A stretch of 64,000 nt of DNA. Source: Lytechinus pictus. Taxonomy: Eukaryota. This document shows positions 38,101 through 53,100 of the stretch, piece after piece; the stretch's first letter is position 1, and every line of letters starts with the position of its first letter. The DNA is taken from the NCBI RefSeq assembly GCF_037042905.1, contig NC_087245.1, positions 26,104,001-26,168,000 of the forward strand, written 5' to 3'. The position numbers and the translations under genes were made by a program. The notes beneath the pieces were generated by a model that was given only the letters and a program-made list of their open reading frames with translations, was not told the origin of the DNA and made no database searches.

Positions 38101-41100
38101 AGATCATCCATTTTAGAGAATTCTTAGCCTTAACCATGATTAAACCAGGTGGGTGTTTCATAAAGCTGTTCGTAAAGTTACGCACAACTTTACGCACGAC
38201 TGGAACATTTTCTTTGGTCATAAGTCAATTATACAGGGATATCATTTAGCACAAGAAAGGATCACCAGTCGTGCGTAAAGTCATTCGTATCTTACGAACA
38301 GCTTTATGAAACACCCACCTGTATATAAAGACATCTAAGGGAGACAAGAATAGCAGTTTTTATGAGCAGGTTACCTTTATAGACAGATTCCTGATATACA
38401 TTGTACATGTTCAAATATGGAAACTCTTCATCTTTAAGTTTTCAAGTGGTCATTCTGTACAAGTGGTGGCATGTTTGATTGTATTTGGAATACAGATGTA
38501 CATGTTCAGAGTCATGGGTGAAATTTAACCCCTAATTAAAGTTTGAAATTCATAAAAGTGGGTTAGGTTTACCCATCAGTTGAAGTGTGTTAAAGCATGA
38601 ATTGTGATAATGTGAAATATGAAAAGGGTTTTAGTATCAACAGATTTATGAATCTTCCCATCAAGAAAGGGTTTTGGACCACTGTCTAGTGAATTTTTAT
38701 ATGCAATTAAGATATTTCTGCTTGCTCTTAGATGTTGTTTTTCAATTAACTCCTCATGCAGTAAATCGTTCATGTCCTGTGAATGAGTTTGCCTGTCATG
38801 GTAACGGTCGTTGCATACCACAGAGATGGCAGTGCGATGGTGAGCGAGATTGTGCTGATGGCTCAGATGAAAAACCTCAAGATTGTTGTAAGTTATCATG
38901 AACACCTTTGCCACATCTCACAAACAGTTTCAATTGATTCAATCCATCTCAACTATTAAAAGCCAGTGATCCCAACATATAGAATACATATACAGTGTAT
39001 TAATATTCATAAATATGATGTACATGTATACTTCTAATGGAGGTAGAATATCTCTATCTGTATGTACATGTGCATTCATCATTGTATTTGCAACTCAGTG
39101 TGCTCCTCATTTGCAAAAGGATGTTGTGTACATGTACTTTTGCTTAATAAAGAATTATGACATTTACAACGATAGTTGATAGTATTTGGATTAATTACAA
39201 CTCTTGGTAATATACTGCCCATGGCTATCATTATAAGCACAGTATGAAACGGCTGCTTTTCAGAAAAAGTTTACTTTTCATTTTGGTTCATGTACACAGG
39301 GTATATTAGCTCTATTCTCTTTTTCAGTGAAATAGTGATCAAATATGCCAAGGATTTTTTTTCATTAGATGACAGAAACAAGTTAAGTTGAGAAGATACA
39401 GCACTATTGTTGTCATGTGATATAAAAACTTTGGTGCCATGTTTTGGTGTGATATCTACGGAGATTTGTAAAGGTGTTTTTTTTTTCATGAGTTAGTAAG
39501 TGAAGGTATCATCCACTACAGAGCATTGATATACTATTGTACATGTAAAGAATATACATGTAAGTGCCATGTCCCAAGCCTCTCAGTGAACATTTGAATT
39601 TACTACACATTTTCCCCATTAGGAAGAAAATTAAGTGCGCACTATGCACAGACAGGCACCATTATACATCCGTTTTCTGTACCTTTTAATGATTTCTTTT
39701 GTAACTGCTTGTGAACAGTGAGTAAAAGTAATATGAACATCTCAAGCAACACTTCTATGAGTCGTCAAAATTCTTGCTACTATTAGAGTACAGCACGTAA
39801 TTTGTTTCTTATTTCAATGTTGTGTTAATGTTTTTGGTTAATCTTCATGTGACTTTTTTGTTTAAAAAAAACCCTTTTTTTTCTGTTAAATGCATTAGCC
39901 AATCGTTCCTGCCCTGGAGATTTGTTCCGCTGCAAGAATTATAACTGTATCCCTATTCTATGGAGATGTGATGGAGACAACGATTGTGGAGACGACTCGG
40001 ATGAAGATGGCTGCAGTAAGTCAACTTTTATCAAATTTTGTCATAAACTTTCATCAAATAATAAATATGATAGAGATTCTTGAAATGTGAACGTTGCACA
40101 AACACAAACAGACTTGCCAACTGTTCACTTTTTGCAAAATTTCCTAATATTTAACTTGCTTAAATGCATGTAGTTTGTTATTTTCTGAATTCAAATTATG
40201 CACATATATATTGTAGGGAATCAAAATAATCTTTTCCTACCCAAGTACTTTCTTCCATCTGTCAAAACAGTTTTCATTTTTTTAAATACTTTTATCCCTT
40301 ACAAATAATTGAAATATTAGATAAGTAATATGTACATCTGTAAACATATTGTATTCCTGTTATGTGTGTCGCACAAATCTTTGTTTTCAGATACGTCATG
40401 TGAGAAGGATGCATTCCGTTGTGATGATGGTCAATGCATCACCAAGAATCTGACGTGTAATGGTAAACCAGATTGCCAGGATGGATCAGATGAACAACAA
40501 GCCCTTTGTCGTAAGTAATCTCTCTATTCAGCTCGTGCACAGGGGTTGCTCCTTCTACATTTCCGTCAATCAGGGGAGCGTTTCATGAAAGGACTTGTCA
40601 GATGTTTTATACCACAAGTCCCATTTTATCCAACAGTTACTATACTAACAGTGCCTTTCAGCCAATCAGAATCAAGGAAAGATGTCAAAAATGTTGGTGA
40701 AACAGTCCCCAGATTATATATTTATAACATTATCATGTTGGCGTCTAAGCATGACATTAAGTCATACTTAAAGAAGGAACAAACTGCCACCACTGTGTGT
40801 TGTTTTCTCATTCACCGTGTGTTATAAATGGCTAGTCTTGAAATGTTCCTTTTGAGATAACTTTTATTTTAAGCAGGTATATCTGCATTTATTAATAAAT
40901 CAAAATTGCAAATTTATAACAATGATATAACATCAGACATACATAATGATCAAATTACAAAGGTGACAATTGTATAGTAGTTAAGTAGATATAGCTTGAA
41001 ATAATAGCAGCCAGGGGAAAAGAGAAGGCTACATGAAAACCATAATAGAAATACCGGGTCTTTATTATTTAAAAGTGATGTCACTTATATTGCTTAAAAT

Positions 41101-44100
41101 ATAATAAAAGAAAAGGAGCAAGATGAAGTGTGTGCAAGTGAGTGCGTGTGCAGGTGAGAATTTATAAGTATTTTGATAAAAGGTACCTCTTGAGTGAAGC
41201 TTTAAATGATATAAGAGATGCAGCTTGTTTGATACCATTCGGTAGGTTGTTCCAAACATCTGGGCCGTGATGCCGTATTTTAGTAATACAGTGGATAAAT
41301 AAGCATATAAGTTTACTTGTGAAGAGAAGCTTAAGTGTGTTTTGGGGAAAAGGGTACCTGTTTTGATGCATTGTAAGTTGGTCACATAATTATTGCGATA
41401 TGAATGTATTCAGTATTGAATAAATATGGCCAGATATGAGTAGTTGGGGACTTGAGGTGGGGCTATTTAAGGCTGTTGGTTTGTAAGCTCTTTAAGATTT
41501 TGTGAAACACCCCCCTGTGTGCAGATAGAACCGGAACTATTTTTCAACTCTCAGGTACATGTATGTCTAAAAAGTTCCCTAAATATAATTCCTGATTACT
41601 GATCAGTATGCATGAACATTTGTATTGATTAGATATAGAATTAAAGCTACTTTAAACTTTTCAATCCACCATTTGTCTGTGTATTTGGTTTTACAGAGGA
41701 AGACTGTGCCGAGACTGAATTTAAGTGTCGCGATGGTCGTTGTATTTGGTGGCGCTGGAATTGTGATGGTGATCCGGATTGTAATGATGAATCAGATGAG
41801 GAGGGTTGTAAGTACTTTACTTTTTTTTTTTACTTGCATCACATTTCATTGCTTTATTGTAAAATAAAAATGATTATGATGGGGGGCCCCCATGTCTGCG
41901 CACCTAAACCTGAATTTTGTTTTATTCCACAGAAAATTTCAGTTGATAATGTTTCTCATATTCTTATGAGTAAGTGTTCCAAAAATCTCATTAAAAAATA
42001 TGGGAGAAATATGTGATTTTCTTGGAGAAAAATCTCAGCCAGTCATTTTTAGATTGAACAAAAATGTGGTGCCCCATGTTTGCGCACCTATTTACTCTGC
42101 ACACGATTCAGGGATTTTGATGAAAAAGGCTGCATTTTGAGGCTGTCTCGTGAAATATTTTCCCACCATTTTGAGTCGGATTTTTTTATGAATATCTGTC
42201 TATGTTGCATGTGTAAAGTTTATGGTCATTGCGTATCTTCTTTCACTACAGTCGCACAGATACATGTGTGCGCAGACATGGGGACTGCGCAGACATGGGG
42301 ACTGCGCAGACTTGGGGGAAGTTAACATATATTGCTTTGGTTGTCTCAGAATGTGATAAAGAAATATTGCACAAATTGTAAATTGATTCAATATTGACCA
42401 AAGAAGTGGAATGTTCCTGGTATCCCATGATAAAAGCTATTCAATATATTTATTTTCATAGTTAATGATCAGTATTAATTTTTAACAATATTGCATAGCC
42501 AGTTTTGTTTGTAGATGTGCATGTTTTATTGGAATTAGCCTATTGTGTTAAGAGTTTGTGTCATGTTTCTTTTCATTTAGGTGAGAATGTTTCATGTCTT
42601 CAAGATGAGTTTCATTGTACTAACAACAAATGTAAGCCTTTAATGTGGAGATGCGACGGAGAAGATGATTGTGGAGATAACTCTGATGAAGATCCTCAAC
42701 TCTGTGGTAAGGAACTTATTTCCATTTATTTTACAAAATCTGTTACCACACATATGTATCATAATATAAAGAAATAAAAACTCAGAATTGAGTCATGTTG
42801 AATTCAGTTCAAATTTTCAATTTCTAACTCCTATAGATTGATCGTTTAAATTAAAGTTACAAACTTTGAATTTCAATCCAATATTGTAAGAAACAGCAAT
42901 GTCCATCATGGTTTGTTCTTACCTTGTGTTATAGATGGAGATATGTGTTAGGGACAGCATAAAAAATATTCATACCAGCTGGCTGAGGGCTGTCCAAGAT
43001 CACAATGCCAGCCAGGACTTGACTTCGCAATCACATTACATTAATGATTTAAAAAAAAAAAACATGTAATACATTACAATTTATCTTTGTTATTACGCTT
43101 AGGGTGCCATTATGATTGTTATTGTTTTTTTTTTCTTGTTTTCAGCACGCCTAAGTTGTCCTGTTACCAAGTATCGATGTTCTAATCACATCTGCATCAA
43201 TCAGCGCTTTGTATGTGATGGTATCAACAACTGCGGAGACAATAGTGATGAGTTGTTTTGTAAGAATCCTTTTCTTTCTTATTCAAAGTGATCAATACAC
43301 CTCATCATTTCTTATCAAATCAGAAACAAGTTTCATAGAACACAAATATCTTTCATATTCATGGTGATAGCAAAAGTAGACTTCTCTAGGGTAAATCTTA
43401 TGTGCCTCAACTGCATATTGATCAGTGAGATTGTGTGTTAAATATTACATGTGTGTCAGTGTGTTAGCATGACTTAAAATTACATTTGTATCTTTTTTAA
43501 CACCTCCTTCAGATTGTGTGTTGATAAATACTAAATTACCAAGTCTACTTGCTAATAGAGTGAGGTTTTTAAAAACAAAGAATTAAAAATGGTCCTTGAT
43601 GATTTATTTATGTATGTCATTGTACTTTCCATCTGGAATAATATTCTTTGAGAAGGAAACCAGCAATTGGATATTTAAGCGACCATAACAATAATTCACC
43701 AGGTACATATGAGTACATGTTTTATTATATTGCATGACTGCATTTTCCTTTTGTTAATTTTTTACAATTTTATACTTTAATAGACACATGTCTATTTTCA
43801 TATCAGTGAGGTACATGTACATATATATTTTGCACATCATCTTACAAGAAAAGAATGCGAAAAACATCCTTCACATTAATGATAATGTGTAGCATTTATG
43901 AGGAGGCACTGATCATCTAGTTGCTTATTGAACGGCAAACTATATTATTCGATTGTTATTTTAATTTCAGGTACTCCGACTGATCCTCCTTTGTGTACTG
44001 CCAACCAATTCAAATGTAAGAATCACCGTTGTATAGATGTCAATTTGCTCTGTAATGGAGTGGATAATTGCCAGGATCGTTCAGATGAAGCAGACTGCAC

Positions 44101-47100
44101 CAAAAGTAAATCTCATCTTCTTGACTCTGAATTTTATATAATATTACACTTTCTGAAACATGTTTATCTACATTTATAATTTGGTATTATTGTGACAAGC
44201 TTGGGTTGTTGATTTTCAAGGGCATGTCCACCCCAACAAAAATAGATTTGTATGAAAAGAGATATTGAAACTTAATGCTCGAAATCTCATCCAAATCGGA
44301 TCTGAAATGATGATGTCATCCACTGACTGCTTCTTTTGTTTATTTTATGAAATGTTTTACATTATTTCATTTTGTTATGTAGGATTTCCATTTTTGCAGC
44401 CTATTTTAATTCGATGAAGATGCTTCTTCATTATCAAATCGGTAAAAAAAATAAAAAAATTTGAATTTCATATCTAAAAATATATAAAACATTGAGCATG
44501 TGGCATCATAGGCTCTCATTTGCATATCACTTGTGACCATTTAAGTTTTGATTTTAAAATTTCATTTGTTTTCTTAACATACGATTTGGATTAAAAAAAT
44601 TAATTGTTCTGCTTGTTTAATATCCTCTTAAAGGGGTAGCTGGCAGGAATATGATAATTCTTTCATTGTCATGCTTTTGTTCCCTGTAAAAGGCTTTCCC
44701 TGAAAAAAAGCCAGGGTAATACCCAAAGTCCATTTGAAAGCACATAGACGTTAAATGGTATATGTAGTATACGAGAACTGAGTATGATATTTACGTGACG
44801 AACTTGATTTGATTGTATCTATCTTTTAGATCCTTCATGTCACAGTGGAGCCATTCAGTGTGCTCATCAGTGTTCTTATGTAGGTGGGGTGCATTACTGT
44901 ACCTGTCATCCAGGATATGAGCTACTCGCTGATGGGGTATCATGTGCAGGTATGTGAAGAGTTCTATTGCTTTTCTTTTTTTTCTTTTCAGTTTATAGGC
45001 GCTGCTTTTCCGACGGCGGTGGCATCATCATCAACATTGAAATCTTAACCAAGGTTAAGTTTTTGAAATGTCATCATAACTTAGAAAGTATATGGACCTA
45101 GTTCATGAAACATGCGCAAAAGGATAATCAAGTATTATTGAACATCCTGCCTGAGTTTCAAGTCACATGACCAAGGTCAAAGGTCATTTAGGGTCAATGA
45201 ACTTAGACCATGTTGGGGGAATCAATATCGAAATCTTTGTTTTTTTAATGTTTATTATATTATGTTCAATTGTGAAACTGAAATCAATAAATCAATCAAA
45301 TCATGGTGCTGTTGGTTTACCGAGGGGTTCTCAGACTGATTGTTGCCATCTTGCGCCATAATTTGTCCAATATGAATCTTAAGCCTGCTAGATTGGTTTG
45401 AATTCATGAAGGTTGGTCGCCTTTTGCTCATGGGATAAAGTTAACTAATCTGAATAAGATTAGCACAATCAAATAGGCACTATACCTTTTTGTTTATGGG
45501 TTTTAACAGAACCCAGCCATCTTTAATGCCAGTAGTTGACCTTGACAGGGAAAGAGATTAGTTAGAATTATTCCAAACTATTATTATTAATGATATATTT
45601 TTATTTTTATGTATTTTTACCCTTGTGTAAGGGTAATTTTTCTTTCATTTTCTCCATGAGTGATTGTTTAAATACATTTCAGTATTTTTTTTTTTTCATT
45701 GATATGAAGCAATGAAGGATGCCTTAAATTCTTGAATTTATTTGTTTAAAATAATTTCAGATGTGAATGAATGCGCTGAGTTTGGTACGTGTACCCAGAC
45801 CTGTGAGAACCTGAATGGATCTTATAGCTGCTCCTGTGTTAAAGGCTATAAACAGCTTAGGATCAATGGATCAATTCATTGTGAAGCAATAGGTCAGTAT
45901 ATATTGATACAATTATTAATTGATAGCTTGCCCTACCTGCACTAGTACAGTATCTCTATATCTCTATGTATTGGCCAATCATGATTATAATAATAGTAAT
46001 ACATAAGACTTGTATAAAGCACCTATAAACACCTATAGATTACATATTGAGTTTATAGCTTTGGTATTTTCAGTATGGCAAGGCTTAGTCTACACTATCT
46101 CCTACAGATAAATTGCTTTGTTTCTGTTTTTACCATTGTATAAGGCTTGCATTTAGATTGGATTGACTTGATGAAACAGTACTTTTCATGTAATTTTTTT
46201 TGGTTGAATTTTGGTGGTGACTCTTATGTATTGCTCTAAATATGCAAATGTGTTGATTGTATTGTTGATTATATCAATTTTGTTTGAATTTCACTTTTTA
46301 TGTATTAAATCCATGACAGTTAATCTTTAATCTACAAGTAGTGTGCTGCAGTCATACCAATGAAACCAACTCCAAGCTTATCAATAGTATGGCATAGGAA
46401 ATAGTTTATTAGATTTGGCTAGTCTGGTGTCTTTTACCGTGTTATCACTTAGCCCTAGCTCGCGGATCAGACTCGCCTCACGAGTCAACCTCGGCTCATG
46501 GGGTCTTCTCCCTCGCGCTCACATTTAGCACCAGGTCGTGGAGCAGACTTGCCTCACGGGTCTGCTCCGCCAATTACCCACATTCCCCTGCGATAAACAA
46601 ATTCTGGCGCGTGCTTGCCTTGAAAATTAATCTTAATTAATTAAGACTGAAAACTGCATAAATTCGAGTGTACTCTGGACGGACTGCGTGCGTAGAAAAA
46701 CAAAACTCGAACAAAGCGCGCGAGATACACCAGAAGTTCGCAATATCCGTTCACATTGGGGGGAAAAGGCGAGCCAGACTCTCCACGCAGATCTGACTCG
46801 CGACCTGGGCTTAGTGAGAAAGCAGTATTTTTTGCCATTGTTAACGTTGGCATAAAGGTTTGATGGCATGGATATTTTTTTTTAATTTGCTCCCTCTCCT
46901 ATACTTTTGTTCAAACAGTCTTAACATTCTGATTTTTTTCTCAATTTTTTTTTTTCTGTCTAAAAACTCAGGTGGTCCTCCTGTTCTATACATAGCTGAA
47001 GAAGGCAGACTTCGTCACATGAATACATCAGGTCCACCGTCACCTTACCAAACAGATGCAAGTGTAGACGCTGGGACAAGAATAATCTCTATGGATATGC

Positions 47101-50100
47101 ATTACAGTGAGAAGAAAGTCTTCATCCTATCGGGCTACAATACGTCGGGGTATCGTCTATATCAAATACCACTTCATAATGATGCAGCAAGGAAGAAGAG
47201 AGACACGGAAGAAGAAGATCCAATTGTTGAGGTATTTTCCAAGACTGCTTCTGTCAGTAATTATCTGTTCCTGTCCTGAAAGAGACAGGGTAGCATTGCA
47301 AACATTAGAAAGAAAAAAAATTATAAAAATTTTGATGAAATATGTAATACATGTATATGGATGGCTCTATATATAAGAAGAAAAAAACATGAAGGAGACA
47401 GAAAGATGGAGGATGTTGGAAAGGTTACAATAAGCAACATTGAGAATATTTCCTCACCATGGAAAGAAAAATCTATACCTGGACAGCCTCTCTAGACGTT
47501 TCAACTCCCCACCCCCAAGAAAAGAAGGATTTATAATTATGCATGTCTAAAAGTTTTCATACTGCTTATCCACAGAAAATACATTTCTTCATCGTGTGAT
47601 ATGGATTTTATTTTGTTTATTTTTGTAGCTGTTTGAGTTGGACCAACCAGAGGGCATTGCCGTTGACTGGATCAGTGACATGATATACTGGACGGATAGC
47701 TCGGTTCATTCATTAGAGGTGGCCAATCTGGATGGTTCACTAAGAAAAACATTGATATCAAATGCAAGAACACATCCACAGTCCATTGTTGTGCATCCAA
47801 AGAAAGGGTAAAGGTTTTTTCATCAACTCTTCTCTTGGGTGGAAGTAAGGGGTTTCAAAACTTTTTTTCAGGGTACCTTTTCACAGATGGTAATGTAGAT
47901 GCAAAGGTGTTTTTATTATAGACTTCGATGGACGATGAGCCTTTGTGCAATCTGTATTGGAACATGTTTCTACTTCAATCATTTTCCACCTAATTTCCTG
48001 TTTCTGATAAAATGTTCTCGCCATATCAATTACATAGCTACAAAATTTGCATGTTGCAGATTTACCACGAATGATGAAGCCAACGCCCCCCCTCCCCCAT
48101 CTCATTGACCCAAATTCACAATGTTGGCTTCACTTGTACTATTGTACAAAACCATGGACTATGCAGATTTTCTTGTAGTATAATGTCATTTGGCAAAAGC
48201 ATGCAATTATAATTGGACCTTTCTTACTGTATGTGATGAAATTGCATAATTATGTATACAAACTCTGCGTAGTCCTTGGGTTTTTTCCCATGGTACAATT
48301 GAAACTATCTTTGTGAATTAGGGTTATTTCTTCTTTACACAAGAAAAATGGGTAATCGGTTAGTGATGCTATTGCTGACTACAATCTTCCAGCCTTCTAC
48401 AAACAGAGTTAATCAGGCCATAAGAGATCCAAGCATAGTCTGGAGTCATTTTCACAACATAGGGAAAGATGTTTAGTGGAATAATTCTCAACAAATGTGC
48501 CACATTCTATTTTGATTTCTTTAAAAATTACTTCCTCTTGCAGTGTGCTGTTCTTCAGTAACTGGGGAAAGAGACCCGCTATTAACAAGGCACACATGGA
48601 CGGGACTCACCTAGAAACGATAGTAGAGGAGAATCTAGCCCAGCCGACAAGCATTGCTATTGATTATGTAAGCGAGAGACTGTATTGGGCGGACAGCAAG
48701 ATGAGACTGATTGAGAGCTCTGATTTGGATGGCGGAGACCGAGTTCCAGTGGTTACGTTCCCTCATAGTGAGTAGTATGCAAATAGTACACATCATTGAG
48801 GACGTTAGAAAGAATTACAATCGTGAGTTATCTTTGGAAGAGTTCTAGCATGCCTGAGGCATTACAGAGGGCATTTGGACCATTTCAAAGCTAATTAAGA
48901 AGTATGGGTAACTATTCGAATGCCGATGAAAAATGATGTGTATTGTATGTTTTGTGAGATATTAATGTGTTATTTGATAGACCATCCTCATCTGTTAAAC
49001 CATGACTAGTCATAGGCAATTGTCATGGAGGCGCGGTAGCTCAGTCGGTAGAGCGGGGGATTCGTATTGCGGTGACCCTGGTTCGATTCCCACTTGGTGC
49101 GCTAGTGCCCTTTGGTAAGGCATTAATCCTCAGCAGCACCAGGTCCTTCGGAGAGGACCTTAAGCCGTCGGTCCTCTGGTTGCTTGCTTACAAGCATTCA
49201 TGCTTTCTTAGCAATCAGGTAAAAAATCACCACCACCTATGTTAGCTATAATAAATGACTAGTGACATGATAACTTTCAGTCAATCATTTAGTAATGATC
49301 CATATCACCACTTTATAATGATTTTACACTTTATACTTTTCTCCTTTTTGTTAAACAATTTTTGTGTCTGCAATGTCCACAATGTTTTACAGACGTAATA
49401 TGATAATAAGCTAGAATTTGATGGCTAGGTTAATGATATGAATGTATAGATATCTTTCTGACATATTAAGTGCTACCTAAAAGTAGATGATTATTGATGT
49501 TAGTCATTCAACATTCTGAATATTGTATGAGTGTGTTCTTTTGTGCTTAAGACATATTAACGAGAAGTTGTTGTGTTGTTTAAACAGTTAAAGTATTATT
49601 GTTTGTTGCTTTCAGCTGGTGGTTCCCCTTTCTCCATTGATATCTTTGAGGATCGTATCTACGGCTCCACCAAGAATCCTTACCAACTCTTCAGAGTAGG
49701 AAAGTTTGGTCATCAGAGTACTGATAGAAAGAGACTCACTTATCTTACTCAACAAAGACCAAAAACATCCATGGTAAAAATTGTCCATCAACAAAAACAG
49801 GACACAGGTATTGTATTACTTCAGAAAATTATAAATCTACTTTCAAAGAACCCAGTTGACACAGTCACATCTGAATGTTGATTTAGTAATTACAATCAAG
49901 AATAAAGATATCAGTATAAAAAAAAAGAAACTACTAAAGAAAATAACTAGGTTTTTATATACCCAATATGTGGATTAGTCTTTCATTATCTTATTTGATT
50001 CATGTTAAACAAATTTGAGAATGCAAATCACAATAATATGACTTACATGTAATTTCTGGAAAAAATAATGTGACAAGTAATTTCTGTTGTTACTGGAGTT

Positions 50101-53100
50101 TCTGAACTTTCATGAACCAAGTAGACAAAGTGGAAGTTTAGATCATCCGGCCATTGTAGTAAATGACAGTAACCCCTAGGGAATTTATACACCAAGTAAT
50201 GGTTGGACGAAATGGTGATTAGACCTGATTGAGAGTAGACCATGTGGGTTTAGCTATGATGGTGTTAGACAGGTCCCTGGTAGTGCCTTGGTTCCCAGAT
50301 GCTGGAGTTACAATTGACAGTTGCATTGGTCTCCATTACTTAGACCCTTTTCTCATTACTGCCCTAAAACTGGTTTACTGAAAACTAGCTTAACATGTAA
50401 TGGGAACGGTCAAAGTGGTTTTGGAAGCGATCTTCCAAACCAGTTCGAAAAACCACCTTGCGATGTAGTTTTCAATATCCATTTGTCTCGTTAAACTGGT
50501 TTTTATTAGTGTAAGTGAGAACACAACCGTTCTTCTTGAAGTGATCTTTGCACATTTTGAGCATGCTACTCCACACACAGCGTGTAGAATGTCTACGCTG
50601 TGAATTCGAATTTTGCTCCCATAGCAACAAGATCACTTTACGTGAAGTGAGTTTGAAAACCACTTTCGGGTGATCAAATGGGAATGCCAGCAAAGAGATC
50701 TTCTAAACTCTATTTCCTGAACCAGTTTCCAGTAAACTAGTATTAGAAAGTACAATGAGGACGATGTCTAATAGACAGTATGAAGAGATGTTCTGTTTAT
50801 GAACCAAATATTCATATGATTAAGTTTGAAAAAGTTATTAGAAGAAGTGGAAAGTTAGTCCATCTGCGGGTTATATTGAATGACAATAGGCCGAAGTGAT
50901 GGTTGGACCAATAGGTAATTAGACCAAGTGATAGTAGACCAAGTGGTTTTAGCCATGATAGTGTAGACAACCTGAGAATGAAATCATTTGCTTGTAAACC
51001 AAGTGAATACAAAGCCAATGGAACAGGGTGAGGAAATGACTCTGGTGATGTATGTATTTTTCAGGTATCGTCAATCCGTGTGATAACCAGACATACTCTT
51101 CCAATCAGCTATGTCTGCTAACTCCATTTGGTCCCTCGTCTGTTTGTAAGGAAGGCTATGAGCATGATGGGATATCAGGTTGCATACCAGTACAAGGTAA
51201 AACTATATGAAACAAATTTTTAATTCATGTCTTTGTATGCCTCTGCCCAACTATGGCGGTTGCTGGAGGGATCATGTTTTGGGGTCTTCCGTTGGTCTCG
51301 ATCTCGCATTGACTAAAGAGATGTTTGTTGAATCAACTTCAAACTTGGTCATAGTTCGTCCCGACTCGATCGCTAATCCAGTGTAAATCCCCTCATCTCC
51401 CCTCCTGAGATGAGATGAGGGGATTGACACTGGGGATCGAGTCAAGAGGCCCTCTATGTTAGCTTTGGGAAAGAAAACTTCTATACATCAACATCCAATC
51501 TGGAAAGTATGCATGATTTGATATAGGGACGATGATCTGATTAGTTTTTTGAGTATCAAGGTACATGTATGAGGTCACACTTTTCACTGTCGAATGGTTA
51601 CAGAAAATGGGGGGGGGGATGATTCAAGATGCAGTCGAGAATCTATTGAATTTAATTTCCTATGAATTGTCTTTCAACAATCTATATTCTCATGTTATAC
51701 ATGTATATGGGATAAAAACATCTAAAAGCTGAAGTTCATGTATATATTTTTTTCACCCTAGATAACTCTCCTTGTGCCAGCCATGTTTGTGCTAATAATG
51801 GAAACTGTGTTGAAGTCAATGGAAGAGCAAAGTGCAGGTATGATGTTTTATTTAGCCATGAACTCCTTCCTGTATGATCCGTTTGTTTGGTGGGGATGGG
51901 GGTGGAATATTGATTGAAATCGGTAAAGTTTATTTGTTTATTCCCTTTTGTAAGTCTTCTTTCTATTCTTTGTATCTGAAAAAAAAATGGGTGAGAGACA
52001 GCTTTCACCTTTCATGTAATCTACATGTAAAGTTGAACTTAACCATAAGTCTCTAGAAATGTAATAAATCAATTAATCCAAAACTGTATTTTGTTCAGGG
52101 ATAATTAATTGTTAGACTTATTGTGTGTGTTTTTTTTTTTTTTAGATGTCAAGTTCCATACAGTGGGGAGCATTGTGAGCGTAATCGGTGCCATTCCCGT
52201 TGTCAAAATAATGGAACGTGTACGTATGAATCTCCTGGAATGTTACACTGTGCTTGTACTCCGCGATGGAAAGGGCCATTTTGCACGGAGGACAGGTGCC
52301 GTACGTACTGCAATGGTCGTGGCCAATGCTTTGAGAATGGTAACACATTAGCATGTCGGTAAGTATCTTGTAGCTTAATTTCACTCATTCAGTCTAAATT
52401 CAAATGAAGCAGTCTTATATAAATCAAGAATCCAAACTAACACTACAGCGAAGATAAGATCTGCATGACTTCAATGTTTTGATATGTTATGATATGATGC
52501 ACTCATCATCATTTGATCTTCACAGTAAGTTTAGATTCAAAATTTATAAATCTATATAATTATATAACTCATCAAATATAATTATATAACTCAATCAACT
52601 TCCTTGTTCACTATTCCATTCATTATTTTACCTAGGCCAATTTTCATTGTCATGTATAATAGGATGAGAGAATGATGATAAATAATGGCATTTGCAAATC
52701 AAATTTATTTTTGTGTGCTCGTCTTGTCAAGAATATTATCCAGAAACAATAATTGTTCCATAGAGTGGTGATCGATAGAATGATCATATCTGATTCATGT
52801 TTGATTTCATTCTTGAACAGATGCCATCAACGATAGAGTGGTGATCAATGCAATGATCATACATGTATCTGTGATTCATATTTAATTTTATTCTTGAACA
52901 GATGTCATCAACGATGGAATGGTGGTCAGTGCAATGATCATATCTGTGATTCATATTTGATTTCATTCTTTAACAGATGTCATCAACCATAGAGTGGTGA
53001 TCAATATAATGATCGCAATGAGTCATATTTGTTTTCATTCTTGAACAGATTTCATCAACCATGGAGTGGTGATCAGGGCAATGATCATATCTGTGATTCG

